Assembly (NCBI GenBank): GCA_964510085.1
Contig: CAZEAB010000001.1
Coordinates: 78,583 to 142,582, forward strand
Direction of reading: 5' to 3'
DNA from: an uncultured Methanosarcinales archaeon
GTDB taxonomy: Archaea > Nanobdellota > Nanobdellia > Woesearchaeales > GW2011-AR9
DNA length: 64,000 bases
Under the pieces are notes generated by a model that was not told the DNA's origin, did no database searches, and was given only the letters and a program-made list of their open reading frames with translations. The translations under genes and the position numbers were made by a program. This document shows positions 1-8,147 of the stretch, piece after piece (the stretch's first letter is position 1; each line of letters begins with the position of its first letter).

Positions 1-681
1 TGGAGCAATCTTTCCAACTTTTCTTCCTGGAGGAGCATGTCTTCCTGTAATTGTAGGTTTACCTTTATGGTCACTGCTACTTCCACCGAATGGGTGGTCT
101 ACAGCATTCATTGCAACCCCACTTACTCGAGGATAAAGTTTATTCTTTGCTCTCATTTTCTTCATCTTTGTTCCTGCTTTCAAGAAAGGTTTGTCTCTTC
201 TACCAGCTCCTGCCAAAACACCAATAGATGCACGACAATCTGGTAAGAATGATTTTTCTTTCTTGGATGGAAGAACTACTCTCACTGCTTTTTCTGATTT
301 TGCGACAACTCGAGCAAATGTACCCGAAGATCTTACTATTTTTCCTCCGTCACCTGGACGAAGTTCTAGATTGTGAACTAATGTTCCTTCTGGAATATCT
401 TTTAATAAAAGAACATTACCTGGTTTAATTTCATTTGAGTGACCTACAGAGATTACATCCCCTACTTTGACTTTTTCTGGAGCAAATGTTAAATCTGTAT
501 CACCAGTTAAATATTGAACTTTAAGTAAAGGTGCACTATGACCAGCACAGTGAATGATATCTACTACTTTTCCAGTTGTTTCAACAGAAGAATGTTTTGC
601 AGCGCCTTTGAATCTATGACTAGGTGATTTGTAAGGCCCTGTGCCTCGTCCTCTTCGTTGTTGTAGTATTCTTTTTCCCAT
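1..681 (-). CDS. rpl2: 50S ribosomal protein uL2 (C-terminal few codons beyond window edge)
   Basis: Minus-strand frame from ATG at 679-681 reads MGKRILQQRRGRGT...DHPFGGSSSDHKGKPTITGRHAPPGRKVGKIAP, the uL2 signature. It follows L3-L4-L23 in operon order. It is absent from the ORF track because there is no stop in the window. Confidence 0.9.
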   Translation of the reverse strand, partial: MGKRILQQRRGRGTGPYKSPSHRFKGAAKHSSVETTGKVVDIIHCAGHSAPLLKVQYLTGDTDLTFAPEKVKVGDVISVGHSNEIKPGNVLLLKDIPEGTLVHNLELRPGDGGKIVRSSGTFARVVAKSEKAVRVVLPSKKEKSFLPDCRASIGVLAGAGRRDKPFLKAGTKMKKMRAKNKLYPRVSGVAMNAVDHPFGGSSSDHKGKPTITGRHAPPGRKVGKIAP

Positions 682-688
682 TTTCTAT

Positions 689-979
689 CTAAATCAACCC
701 TAAGTCTGCACTAACATCTGATGCCAAAAATTCTGGCGATAATTTTACGTATGCTCGTTTTGTTCCTTGAAACGAATTTTGAATGTTAACTTTTGCAACT
801 TTTACTTTAAATAACATTTCAACAGCTTGTTTCACGTCTGTTTTTGTTGCCCGTGGATGAATTGCAAATACCAATTTGTTGTCAAACTCAATCTGCCGAA
901 TACTTTTCTCTGTTGAAAGAGGGTACTTAATCACAGTATATGGATCAAAGTTTGTCGCATCGTTTTTGTTGTTTGCCAT
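689..979 (-). CDS. rpl23: 50S ribosomal protein uL23
   Basis: 96-aa ORF (..KYPLSTEKSIRQIEFDNKLVFAIHPRATKTDVKQAVE..) between L4 and L2. Confidence 0.9.
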   Translation of the reverse strand: MANNKNDATNFDPYTVIKYPLSTEKSIRQIEFDNKLVFAIHPRATKTDVKQAVEMLFKVKVAKVNIQNSFQGTKRAYVKLSPEFLASDVSADLGLI

Positions 980-980
980 T

Positions 981-1790
981 TTAATTGTATAATTTTTTCT
1001 CCGTGATTAAATCAATTGCTTTCTCAGACCATAATGTAACTCTTCCAGGTAATGCACCAGGAGCAAGTAATTCTGCATTTAATGCAGTTGCATACACAAC
1101 GTCAACACCAGGAACGTTCTTAGCAGCTTTTTCAAGAGGACATTCTCCTGCAACTACCATTAATACTCCTCGTTTCCGTTTATATTTTCTGTTTCGCATT
1201 GTTCCTTTTCCTGCTCTTACTTTTTTCACAGCAGTTCGTTCTAGCTCTCCTGCAAGTCCAAGAGATTTGAACAGTTTTTCAATGTCATTTGTTTTTGAAA
1301 TATCTTCAACCGAAGAATTGATTATGAATGGATATGTTTCAGGAATGATGTGACCCCGTTCTGCAACAAGTTCTTTATTTACTGTAGCGGTCATCGCTGA
1401 TCGAATAGCTTTCCTATTTTCTTTTTTGTTAATTCTCTTTGTTAATTCTTTTTCTGCTTTAGGTGCATGGGACCGTCTACCACCAACTGTTTGTGGAGAA
1501 AAAGCACCTACCCAGAAGAATCGAGTTCCTCTTCGTGAATGGATTTTTCTATTAACACGACTTATACCAAAACCGTATGTTCCTCTATATTTTCTTCGTC
1601 TTTTACTTGTATCTGATGCTGATCGTTTTCCTGCTTCAGGAAATGCACCATATGCTTGACGCGCTGCACTTTGTAATGCATGTACTGCTCGTTTTATGAG
1701 GTTTGGCCTATATGATTCTGAAAACTGTGAAGGTAACTCTTTTGTACCAACATTTTTGTTCTCTTTATCTACAATTGGAAGCGATTTCAT
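981..1790 (-). CDS. rpl4: 50S ribosomal protein uL4
   Basis: 269 aa, basic, archaeal L4 pattern (..RKYRGTYGFGISRV.., ..KVRAGKGTMRNRKY..). 4-nt overlap with rpl3. Confidence 0.9.
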   Translation of the reverse strand: MKSLPIVDKENKNVGTKELPSQFSESYRPNLIKRAVHALQSAARQAYGAFPEAGKRSASDTSKRRRKYRGTYGFGISRVNRKIHSRRGTRFFWVGAFSPQTVGGRRSHAPKAEKELTKRINKKENRKAIRSAMTATVNKELVAERGHIIPETYPFIINSSVEDISKTNDIEKLFKSLGLAGELERTAVKKVRAGKGTMRNRKYKRKRGVLMVVAGECPLEKAAKNVPGVDVVYATALNAELLAPGALPGRVTLWSEKAIDLITEKKLYN

Positions 1791-2746
1791 TGTGCTATAT
1801 ACACCACATTAGGCGCCTCCTTCACTGCTTTTGGATTTTGACGTATTGCATGTGTTAAAAACACAGCACGTTTTCGTGGACCAATAACTGACCCCTTAAC
1901 TAATAAATATGAAGTTTTAACTTCGCCATATTTGGTAATTCCGCCTTTTTGAGCAATTTCTTTACCGTCAGTTCCCATTTTAATAATTTGTTTATTATAC
2001 TCTGTCCGTAAGTGATATCCCATCTTACCTGCCTGAGGTACTCGATAATCTACTCTTTTAGGAGTCCATGCACCTAAGTTACCAATTCCTCGCTTAACTT
2101 TCTCGGATTTGTGTTGTCTAATAGGAACACCGTATCGCTTTACAGTTCCCTGGAAACCTTTTCCTTTACTAATACCGTGAACATCAACATAATTCCCTTC
2201 TCCAAAGATGTCTGCTACAGCAACTTCTTTGCCTAAGTTTTCTTTAGCATATGCTAATTTCTCGTCTTTAGAACCACCAATAACAACTTCAATAATTCTT
2301 GGTTTCTTAGTTCCAATACTTGTTTTTGAAGGATTTGAATGAACTAGGAGACGAAGATCATCAAATTCAGTAACTTCGTCAATTTTCTTTGATTTTTTAG
2401 GAATAGAAAGTAATCTGCCAAGATATTTATCTTGTTTTTCTGCATAAACGTGACTTAATTTTTTCCACCCATCAGGAGTTTGTTTATAGAATGATACTCC
2501 TGCGATTGTCATTGGTGGACATTCAATGATTGTAGCCGGCATAAAGATTTTTTCACCTGCTGTTGTTGATTTTGCTCTATTATCTTTAACGTGAAGATGA
2601 GTCATACCTGCTTTATATGCGATAAATCCAAGAGGTTTAGCGTCTTTCTTATCAGCCCAAGATCTAACTCTAGCTAATAGATGTTTTGCCCGTTTCCTGG
2701 GCCAAAACTGCATACTTCCTCTTCGTGGATGTCTTGCTTTTGGCAT
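1787..2746 (-). CDS. rpl3: 50S ribosomal protein uL3
   Basis: 319 aa, MPKARHPRRGSMQFWPRKRA.. N-terminus and ..GKGFQGTVKRYG.. motif typical of archaeal uL3. First gene of the operon. Confidence 0.95.
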   Translation of the reverse strand: MPKARHPRRGSMQFWPRKRAKHLLARVRSWADKKDAKPLGFIAYKAGMTHLHVKDNRAKSTTAGEKIFMPATIIECPPMTIAGVSFYKQTPDGWKKLSHVYAEKQDKYLGRLLSIPKKSKKIDEVTEFDDLRLLVHSNPSKTSIGTKKPRIIEVVIGGSKDEKLAYAKENLGKEVAVADIFGEGNYVDVHGISKGKGFQGTVKRYGVPIRQHKSEKVKRGIGNLGAWTPKRVDYRVPQAGKMGYHLRTEYNKQIIKMGTDGKEIAQKGGITKYGEVKTSYLLVKGSVIGPRKRAVFLTHAIRQNPKAVKEAPNVVYIAQ

Positions 2747-2986
2747 TTTTCTGTATAACCGCCTATATCAGGTCACATCAAGAATGTTGATGTTCGCTTT
2801 GTCAGGCAACTTCACTACAAGCACTTTCCCAGTTATGCTGGATAGTTTACCTATAATGTGTTGATATTGCTTGAGTTAGCAGGTTGTTTATAAAGGTTTC
2901 TACAAAAAGCTATATTTTGTAGAATCCTCAGAAATCTTTGATTTCTTGTGTTTTTGGTTAGAATTGGTTTTTGCGAGGAACATCAC

Positions 2987-3202
2987 TCATTGATCATTTC
3001 TGCCGCCTTTAACCTTATTTACTAATGATTCTAATTCACTTTCAATAACATTGTGGCCAGAACCTTCATAACCCCTTTGACGCCAACTACTTTTTCCACA
3101 ACCAGAACACGCATGGGAATGTTCATAATGTTTTTCATGCCCATCCCACTCTGAACAACAATCAGATGCAGGAGCGCTACAATAATCACAAATCATACCC
3201 AT
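2987..3202 (-). CDS. hypothetical small Cys/His-rich protein (possible metal binding)
   Basis: 71-aa ORF with 8 Cys and 7 His in the first 50 residues (CDYCSAPASDCCSEWDGHEKHYEHSHACSGCG). I recognise no family, and coding status is uncertain. Confidence 0.3.
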   Translation of the reverse strand: MGMICDYCSAPASDCCSEWDGHEKHYEHSHACSGCGKSSWRQRGYEGSGHNVIESELESLVNKVKGGRNDQ

Positions 3203-3231
3203 TTTTTTCTAGTATGTATTAAGTTACGTAG

Positions 3232-3301
3232 GTGAGCAAGGCCCTAGCTTGCTGAGCTGGCTACAATTGAAAATTGTAGGAGTCCGGCGTGCCTAGCTCA
3301 C
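3232..3301 (+). repeat. GC-rich structured intergenic element, copy E1 (candidate ncRNA or REP-like element)
   Basis: GTGAGCAAGGCCCTAGCTTGCTGAGCTGG-CTACAATTGAAAATTGTAG-GAGTCCGGCGTGCCTAGCTCAC. Ends pair (GTGAGC/GCTCAC). Shares the core with six other copies. Confidence 0.8.
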
Positions 3302-3354
3302 ATGGAACGCTAACTGAATACTGTTTTTTTCAAATGCAAGAACAGCCGAAAAGG

Positions 3355-3362
3355 TTTATATA
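3355..3362 (+). promoter_or_regulatory. TATA box (TTTATATA) with purine-rich BRE-like AAAAGG upstream, for nop5
   Basis: Ends 22 nt before the ATG at 3385. The same spacing recurs at many genes in the window. Confidence 0.55.
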
Positions 3363-3384
3363 AGTTACGAATTATTGACAAGGA

Positions 3385-4140
3385 ATGGAACACATCCTCG
3401 GAAAAGTAAAAGAACCATTACAACACTTTAAAGATAAAAAGTACTTCGAAGAATTCTACAAAAAAAATGTTATTATCACAAAAAAAGCAATAAAAGAATC
3501 GGTTAATGAAGATAATCTTATTATACAAGCAATTGCAAACGTAAATGAATTAGATAAAGTAACAAACCTTCTCAGCAAAAGATTACGAGAATGGTATAGC
3601 CTATATGATCCGGAACTTGTTGAAAGAGTACATTCTCATGAGAAACTGATTGAATTAATACTTGAAAACGAAAAGAAAGAGAAAGATTCAATGGGCGCAG
3701 ACCTTCCAAAAGTAGATTATGATGAAATTATTCTCTTAGCAACACAAATTCAAGGATTATATGGATTACGAAAGAAACATGAAACATATCTTGAATCTGT
3801 AATGAAACCTTATTGTCCAAATATCTTAGAATTAGCTGGAACCACGGTTGGAGCAAAATTAGTAGAACTTGCAAAAGGATTAAAACGATTAGCTTTACTT
3901 CCAGCTTCAACAGTTCAATTATTAGGGGCAGAGAAAGCACTTTTTAGGCACTTGAAAACTGGAAGCCGTAGCCCTAAATATGGAGTAATTTACCAACATC
4001 CTTTAATTCAAGGGGCTAAAAGAGATGAACGTGGAAAAATGGCACGTAGATTAGCTGACAAATTATCATTATGTGCACGTTTAGATTTCTTTAAAGGCGA
4101 GTTTAAAGCAGACGAGTATCGAAAGGAGTTAGAGAAATGA
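3385..4140 (+). CDS. nop5: C/D box snoRNP protein Nop5 (Nop56/58 family), short form
   Basis: NOSIC/Nop-domain sequence (..NLIIQAIANVNELDKVTNLLSKRLREWYSLYDPEL.., ..GAEKALFRHLKTGSRSPKYGVIYQHPLIQ..). 4-nt overlap with fibrillarin. Confidence 0.85.
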   Translation: MEHILGKVKEPLQHFKDKKYFEEFYKKNVIITKKAIKESVNEDNLIIQAIANVNELDKVTNLLSKRLREWYSLYDPELVERVHSHEKLIELILENEKKEKDSMGADLPKVDYDEIILLATQIQGLYGLRKKHETYLESVMKPYCPNILELAGTTVGAKLVELAKGLKRLALLPASTVQLLGAEKALFRHLKTGSRSPKYGVIYQHPLIQGAKRDERGKMARRLADKLSLCARLDFFKGEFKADEYRKELEK

Positions 4141-4808
4141 GTAGAAGAATCAAAGAACATAAACTGTTCGAAATATACCAAGAACGTGGAAAACGAATCT
4201 TTACTAAAAGTATTGTCAAAGGCCAGAATCCTTTCGAAGAACGAATTGTAAGAGACGGCGGAGAAGAATATAGAGAATTTGACCCAACTAGAAGTAAACT
4301 AGCTGCAATGATTATGAAAGGATGTACTAATATTGGTATCCGAAAGAGTGATGTTGTACTCTATCTTGGAGTTGCGCATGGATATACTGCTTCATTCGTC
4401 TCAGATATGGTCCAAGACGGTATTATCTTTGGAATAGATCCTGCCCCGAGAGTAATTCGAGATTTAATATTTTTAACAGAAAAAAGAAGTAATATTGTGC
4501 CGTTATTAGCAAGTGCAAATCATCCTGAAGAATATGCACATCGAATTTGTGAGGCAGATATTGTATATCAAGACGTTGCACAGAAAAATCAACTAGACAT
4601 CTTCATGAAAAACGTTGATCAGTTCTTAAAGAAAGGTGGTTACGGTTTACTTGCAGTTAAAGCACGAAGTATTGATATTAGAAAGAAACCAAAACAAATT
4701 TTTGTAGAGATTAGAGACATACTAGATAAAAAGTATAAAGTAATTGATTACAAAATTCTGGACCCGTATGAAAAAGATCACTGCATGATTATTATCAAGA
4801 AACAATAA
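4137..4808 (+). CDS. flpA: fibrillarin-like rRNA/tRNA 2'-O-methyltransferase
   Basis: 223 aa with SAM-binding ..VLYLGVAHGYTASFVSDMV.. and ..VYQDVAQ.. motifs. Classic nop5-flpA pair. Confidence 0.9.
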   Translation: MSRRIKEHKLFEIYQERGKRIFTKSIVKGQNPFEERIVRDGGEEYREFDPTRSKLAAMIMKGCTNIGIRKSDVVLYLGVAHGYTASFVSDMVQDGIIFGIDPAPRVIRDLIFLTEKRSNIVPLLASANHPEEYAHRICEADIVYQDVAQKNQLDIFMKNVDQFLKKGGYGLLAVKARSIDIRKKPKQIFVEIRDILDKKYKVIDYKILDPYEKDHCMIIIKKQ

Positions 4809-5332
4809 TGGAATGCCCTAAAATAATTGTTGTGGACAAAAAAAATAATTTTCTTAGTGTAGACACGTTTACTAATGCTCTTGAAAATGAATCTGTTAGA
4901 CGGATTGTACGAGTTTTAGTCTATAATTCAGGAAATAAGATTTTGTTGCAAAGAAGAGGCACTAGTACGCCTATCTTTCCAGGAATGTGGGACACTTCTG
5001 CTGCAGGACATGTAGACGAAGGAGAAGATGCTAAGACGGCAGCTTTACGTGAACTTCATGAAGAAGTAGGTATTTCTAATGTCTCTTTAAATCAAATACA
5101 TGAAGCATACACTAAGGAAATTTCGGGAGAATTATCATTACATTGTTATGCAATAATTTATTCTTGCATGTTTGAAGGTGAGATTAAAGTAGATGGTGAA
5201 GAAGTATTGGAAGGGAAATGGTTTTCACCTGAAGAACTTAGAAATGAAATTGAAAAGAACCCAGATGATTTCACACCTGGATTAAAATTAACATTAGAAA
5301 AACATGAAACTTTGTATTCAAAAGAGTTATAA
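4808..5332 (+). CDS. NUDIX hydrolase
   Basis: Nudix box GHVDEGEDAKTAALRELHEEVGI (GX5EX7REUXEEXGU). Confidence 0.8.
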   Translation: MECPKIIVVDKKNNFLSVDTFTNALENESVRRIVRVLVYNSGNKILLQRRGTSTPIFPGMWDTSAAGHVDEGEDAKTAALRELHEEVGISNVSLNQIHEAYTKEISGELSLHCYAIIYSCMFEGEIKVDGEEVLEGKWFSPEELRNEIEKNPDDFTPGLKLTLEKHETLYSKEL

Positions 5333-5354
5333 ATAATTAAATCCTTCTTACCTT

Positions 5355-5585
5355 ATGTCTCTTGCAAATGAAGCGTCGTACTTATACAATATTTCTAAAA
5401 AAGTAGAAGATGTTAGCAAGGATATTAAATCTCAAACTAGTAAAGCGAAGAAAGCACAGAAGAAAGGAGATGCGACAAAAGAATTAAAGAAATTGAAAGA
5501 ATTACACAAAGATAAGTTAAAACTCATGAAAAAATTAAAACATCATTATGTCTCATTTGCACACGAGTTCCAGAAAAACCAATGA
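5355..5585 (+). CDS. hypothetical lysine-rich coiled-coil protein
   Basis: 76-aa ORF, K-rich helical. 4-nt overlap with the next gene. Confidence 0.3.
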   Translation: MSLANEASYLYNISKKVEDVSKDIKSQTSKAKKAQKKGDATKELKKLKELHKDKLKLMKKLKHHYVSFAHEFQKNQ

Positions 5586-6151
5586 AACACATATTATTAA
5601 TTATTCTTGTACTCTTTATTGTAAGTTGTGTTAGTCCAGAAGATATCCTTGTTGAAGATTTACCTAAAGCAAAAGAAGTTCCAGAAGTAAAAGAACAGCC
5701 AATAGAAGAACCCGTAGATGCAGAGCCAATACAAGAAACAACCACGCAATCATGTAAATTTAGTTCTGATTGTGAAAGAGGGTTTTACTGTATCGAAACT
5801 CAATGTAAAAGTATAGAATCATTAAACGAAAAAAAGCAGAAATGTGAACAATGCACTTTTCAAACTGCTACGATCCTTACAAGTGATGGAGAAACATATA
5901 CAGAAGGGCAGGGGAAAGGAAGTTATACATATGCAGGTGCGTTAGAATGGAAAATTGTACCACAAGGACAATATTGTAAAGGAGATACAAAAGTACCTAT
6001 TACAATATTCAAACGAAATTATGATGAAGTGTTCGGAGATGAAGTTATTGTATTAAAGAAAGGTGAAAAAAGTGAAGTATTAACACACCCTTTAATTGAC
6101 GAACTTAAATTTACATTAGAAATTGTTGATATACAAGAAAGTTGTTCTTAA
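5582..6151 (+). CDS. putative secreted lipoprotein
   Basis: N-terminal signal with lipobox-like LFIVSC. Cys-rich module CKFSSDCERGFYCIETQC. Confidence 0.4.
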   Translation: MKHILLIILVLFIVSCVSPEDILVEDLPKAKEVPEVKEQPIEEPVDAEPIQETTTQSCKFSSDCERGFYCIETQCKSIESLNEKKQKCEQCTFQTATILTSDGETYTEGQGKGSYTYAGALEWKIVPQGQYCKGDTKVPITIFKRNYDEVFGDEVIVLKKGEKSEVLTHPLIDELKFTLEIVDIQESCS

Positions 6152-6645
6152 GTTTTTTCATTTTTACCAAACTTAAAAGAAAGTGCATTGTATTCCTTTG
6201 TGCCATATGCAACAACACCTTTATCTTGCCATAGAACAAATTTAGTAATACCAACATCAAGAGCCATTTTACTACAGATAGTACAATATGGTTCTCCTGC
6301 TCTTGAAGGAACTTCATTATCGTCAAGACGAATAAAATAAAGTGTTGAGTCAGACAATTTTTGTGGATTATTTTTTAATGCATCCATAATAGCTCGTTGT
6401 TCTGCATGAACACAACAAGTCTTGTCTGTTACTTTAGTATGGTACCCTTCCTTACTGAAAGAGCATCTTCTTTGTTCCTCATCATCTTGAGGCGGGCTGT
6501 TGTAACCTTTTCCAATAATTTCGTCTAGTTGAACTATTACAGAACCACATTTTGCTCTATTACACGTTGCATCTTGTGCAATTTCAGCAGCTTTTGTAAT
6601 AAAATCTAGTGCTTTTTTTTCTTCATCACCAGACAAATATCTCAT
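6148..6645 (-). CDS. dCMP/CMP deaminase family zinc enzyme
   Basis: CCVHAEQRAI (HAE) and PCTICSKM (PCxxC) zinc-ligand motifs. Confidence 0.75.
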   Translation of the reverse strand: MRYLSGDEEKKALDFITKAAEIAQDATCNRAKCGSVIVQLDEIIGKGYNSPPQDDEEQRRCSFSKEGYHTKVTDKTCCVHAEQRAIMDALKNNPQKLSDSTLYFIRLDDNEVPSRAGEPYCTICSKMALDVGITKFVLWQDKGVVAYGTKEYNALSFKFGKNEKT

Positions 6646-6697
6646 ACTAGTTTACTAAAATAATTATGATTATATAAAATTAAAGGAAATTACTTCT

Positions 6698-6931
6698 CTA
6701 TTCATCCTCTTCAATATGAATAATATTTACTGGGCAAACATCTGCCGCTTCTTGATTTTCTGCTTCTTCTTCAAGAGATTTAATCTTCCTTTCCCACTTC
6801 TCACCTACTTCTGTAGAACCTTTTAATTGTGCTAATCCTTCTTCATCCATTTCCCAATACTCTGGGCTTATTGCTGCACAAGCACCACAACTGATACAAT
6901 CTTTTTTGAAATGAACTACTTTCTTTGACAT
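6698..6931 (-). CDS. small ferredoxin
   Basis: 77 aa with CISCGACAAISP ... CPVNII Fe-S cluster cysteine pattern. Confidence 0.7.
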   Translation of the reverse strand: MSKKVVHFKKDCISCGACAAISPEYWEMDEEGLAQLKGSTEVGEKWERKIKSLEEEAENQEAADVCPVNIIHIEEDE

Positions 6932-7002
6932 GAATTGTCAAACAAAGCTCTTATTTATAAGACTTGTCAAAATAGGATTGGGAATAAAACCAGCCTAATT
7001 TT

Positions 7003-7080
7003 GAGCACGCAAGTATTTTACTAATTAATCAGTGGTTTGCTTGCAAGCCACCATTCTAATTGTGGTGAAATACTCCGCGT
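7003..7080 (-). repeat. possible degenerate copy of the GC-rich element family
   Basis: The plus strand reads GAGCACGC...TGCTTGCAAGCCACC, resembling the reverse complement of the family core (GAGCACGCCGG...CTCGGCAAGCCAGGG). Outer stem AAGTATTT/AAATACT and two internal hairpins. Confidence 0.3.
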
Positions 7081-7103
7081 TTTAAACCAATATTAGCGCA
7101 AAC

Positions 7104-7112
7104 CTTATAAAA
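7104..7112 (+). promoter_or_regulatory. TATA box (CTTATAAAA) for lipoprotein gene
   Basis: 21 nt upstream of the ATG at 7134. Confidence 0.45.
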
Positions 7113-7133
7113 CAAAATTCCTTCCCTTACAAA

Positions 7134-8078
7134 ATGAAAAAGAGTGTGGTACTAGTCCTTTGTATAACGTTGCTACTTCTTGTAGCATGTGGAAGAGTTC
7201 CACAAGGTGAAACTGCTTCCGATACTTCTGCTGCTGCAAATGCTGTTAGAGTAGGAACACAAGGAGTAACATTAACACCTCATCCAAATTTGCCTCCTAG
7301 ACAAATCTGGGATCAAAACGAATTGGTAGCAGTTGTTGAAATCCAAAATAAAGGAAATCACCACATTACCCCTAATAGTTGTTATGTGTCTGTTACTGGA
7401 TTTGACCCAAGTATCATTAAAGGAAACTTCCAACCACGAGATTGTACCGAGAATACTGCAGGAACATTTGATGGAAAGACTTTATACAATATTGAAGGTA
7501 CAACAAACCAGATTGAATTTAAATCATCAGACATTACCCTCCCAGGAAAAGTATTAAAGTTAGAACAACCATTGTTGTTTTCAACGTGTTACAATTATCA
7601 AACGACTGCAAGTCCAAGTGTATGTATTGATCCAGTATTCTATCAAATCTCTCAACAAGAAAAAGTTTGTAGTGCACGAGATGTAAGTGGTGGAGGAGGC
7701 CAAGGTGGTCCTGTTGGAGTGAGTTATGTTAATGTAGACATGCCTGGTGGAAAAGCGTTCTTTGAAATTACTATCAGAAATTTTGGAAATGGACAAGTAT
7801 TAAGTCCGTTCTCTGACATCCGAACTTGTGGTCTTGGCGGAATTGATTATACAGAAGAAGATAAAGTTGCATATAATGTAGACCTTTCCGGAGCTTCATT
7901 AATTAGTTGTACTCCTGGAGATGGAATGGTACGGTTAACAAATGGCCAGGGAAAAATTTTCTGTACATTTGACATTCAAGGAACTACAGCGTATTTATCA
8001 CCTCTTCTTATAGATTTAAATTATAATTACCGGACAAGTATGCAAAAACAGCTTGAAATAATTAAGACACCAGAATAA
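7134..8078 (+). CDS. secreted lipoprotein, paralog 1
   Basis: Signal peptide plus lipobox LLLVAC. Alignable along its length with the next gene. Confidence 0.55.
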   Translation: MKKSVVLVLCITLLLLVACGRVPQGETASDTSAAANAVRVGTQGVTLTPHPNLPPRQIWDQNELVAVVEIQNKGNHHITPNSCYVSVTGFDPSIIKGNFQPRDCTENTAGTFDGKTLYNIEGTTNQIEFKSSDITLPGKVLKLEQPLLFSTCYNYQTTASPSVCIDPVFYQISQQEKVCSARDVSGGGGQGGPVGVSYVNVDMPGGKAFFEITIRNFGNGQVLSPFSDIRTCGLGGIDYTEEDKVAYNVDLSGASLISCTPGDGMVRLTNGQGKIFCTFDIQGTTAYLSPLLIDLNYNYRTSMQKQLEIIKTPE

Positions 8079-8147
8079 GCTTTACTTCTTAATAACAGAG
8101 TAACCTTTAAATACCTTTAATCATTCTTTAACGCTGAGGTTGATACG

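Noticed and set aside
985-1659. Antisense ORFs inside rpl4 (985..1353, 1426..1659). Similar shadow ORFs lie inside pepA (36205..36870), ppsA (39593..41208), PolD (61989..62594), the ABC permease (24348..24764), lipoprotein 2 (8117..8584) and the antiporter (12181..12525).
   Set aside because: They lie on the opposite strand of confidently identified genes. Their low-complexity, S/F/L/I-rich translations are typical of shadow frames in AT-rich DNA.
2886-2946. TTTATAAA box followed by hairpins CTACAAAA/TTTTGTAG and AGAAATC/GATTTCT upstream of the rpl3 operon, as a possible sRNA or r-protein leader
   Set aside because: The stems are AT-rich and short, and expected by chance in this base composition. 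There is no conserved core or second copy. The orientation relative to the rpl3 TSS is unresolved.
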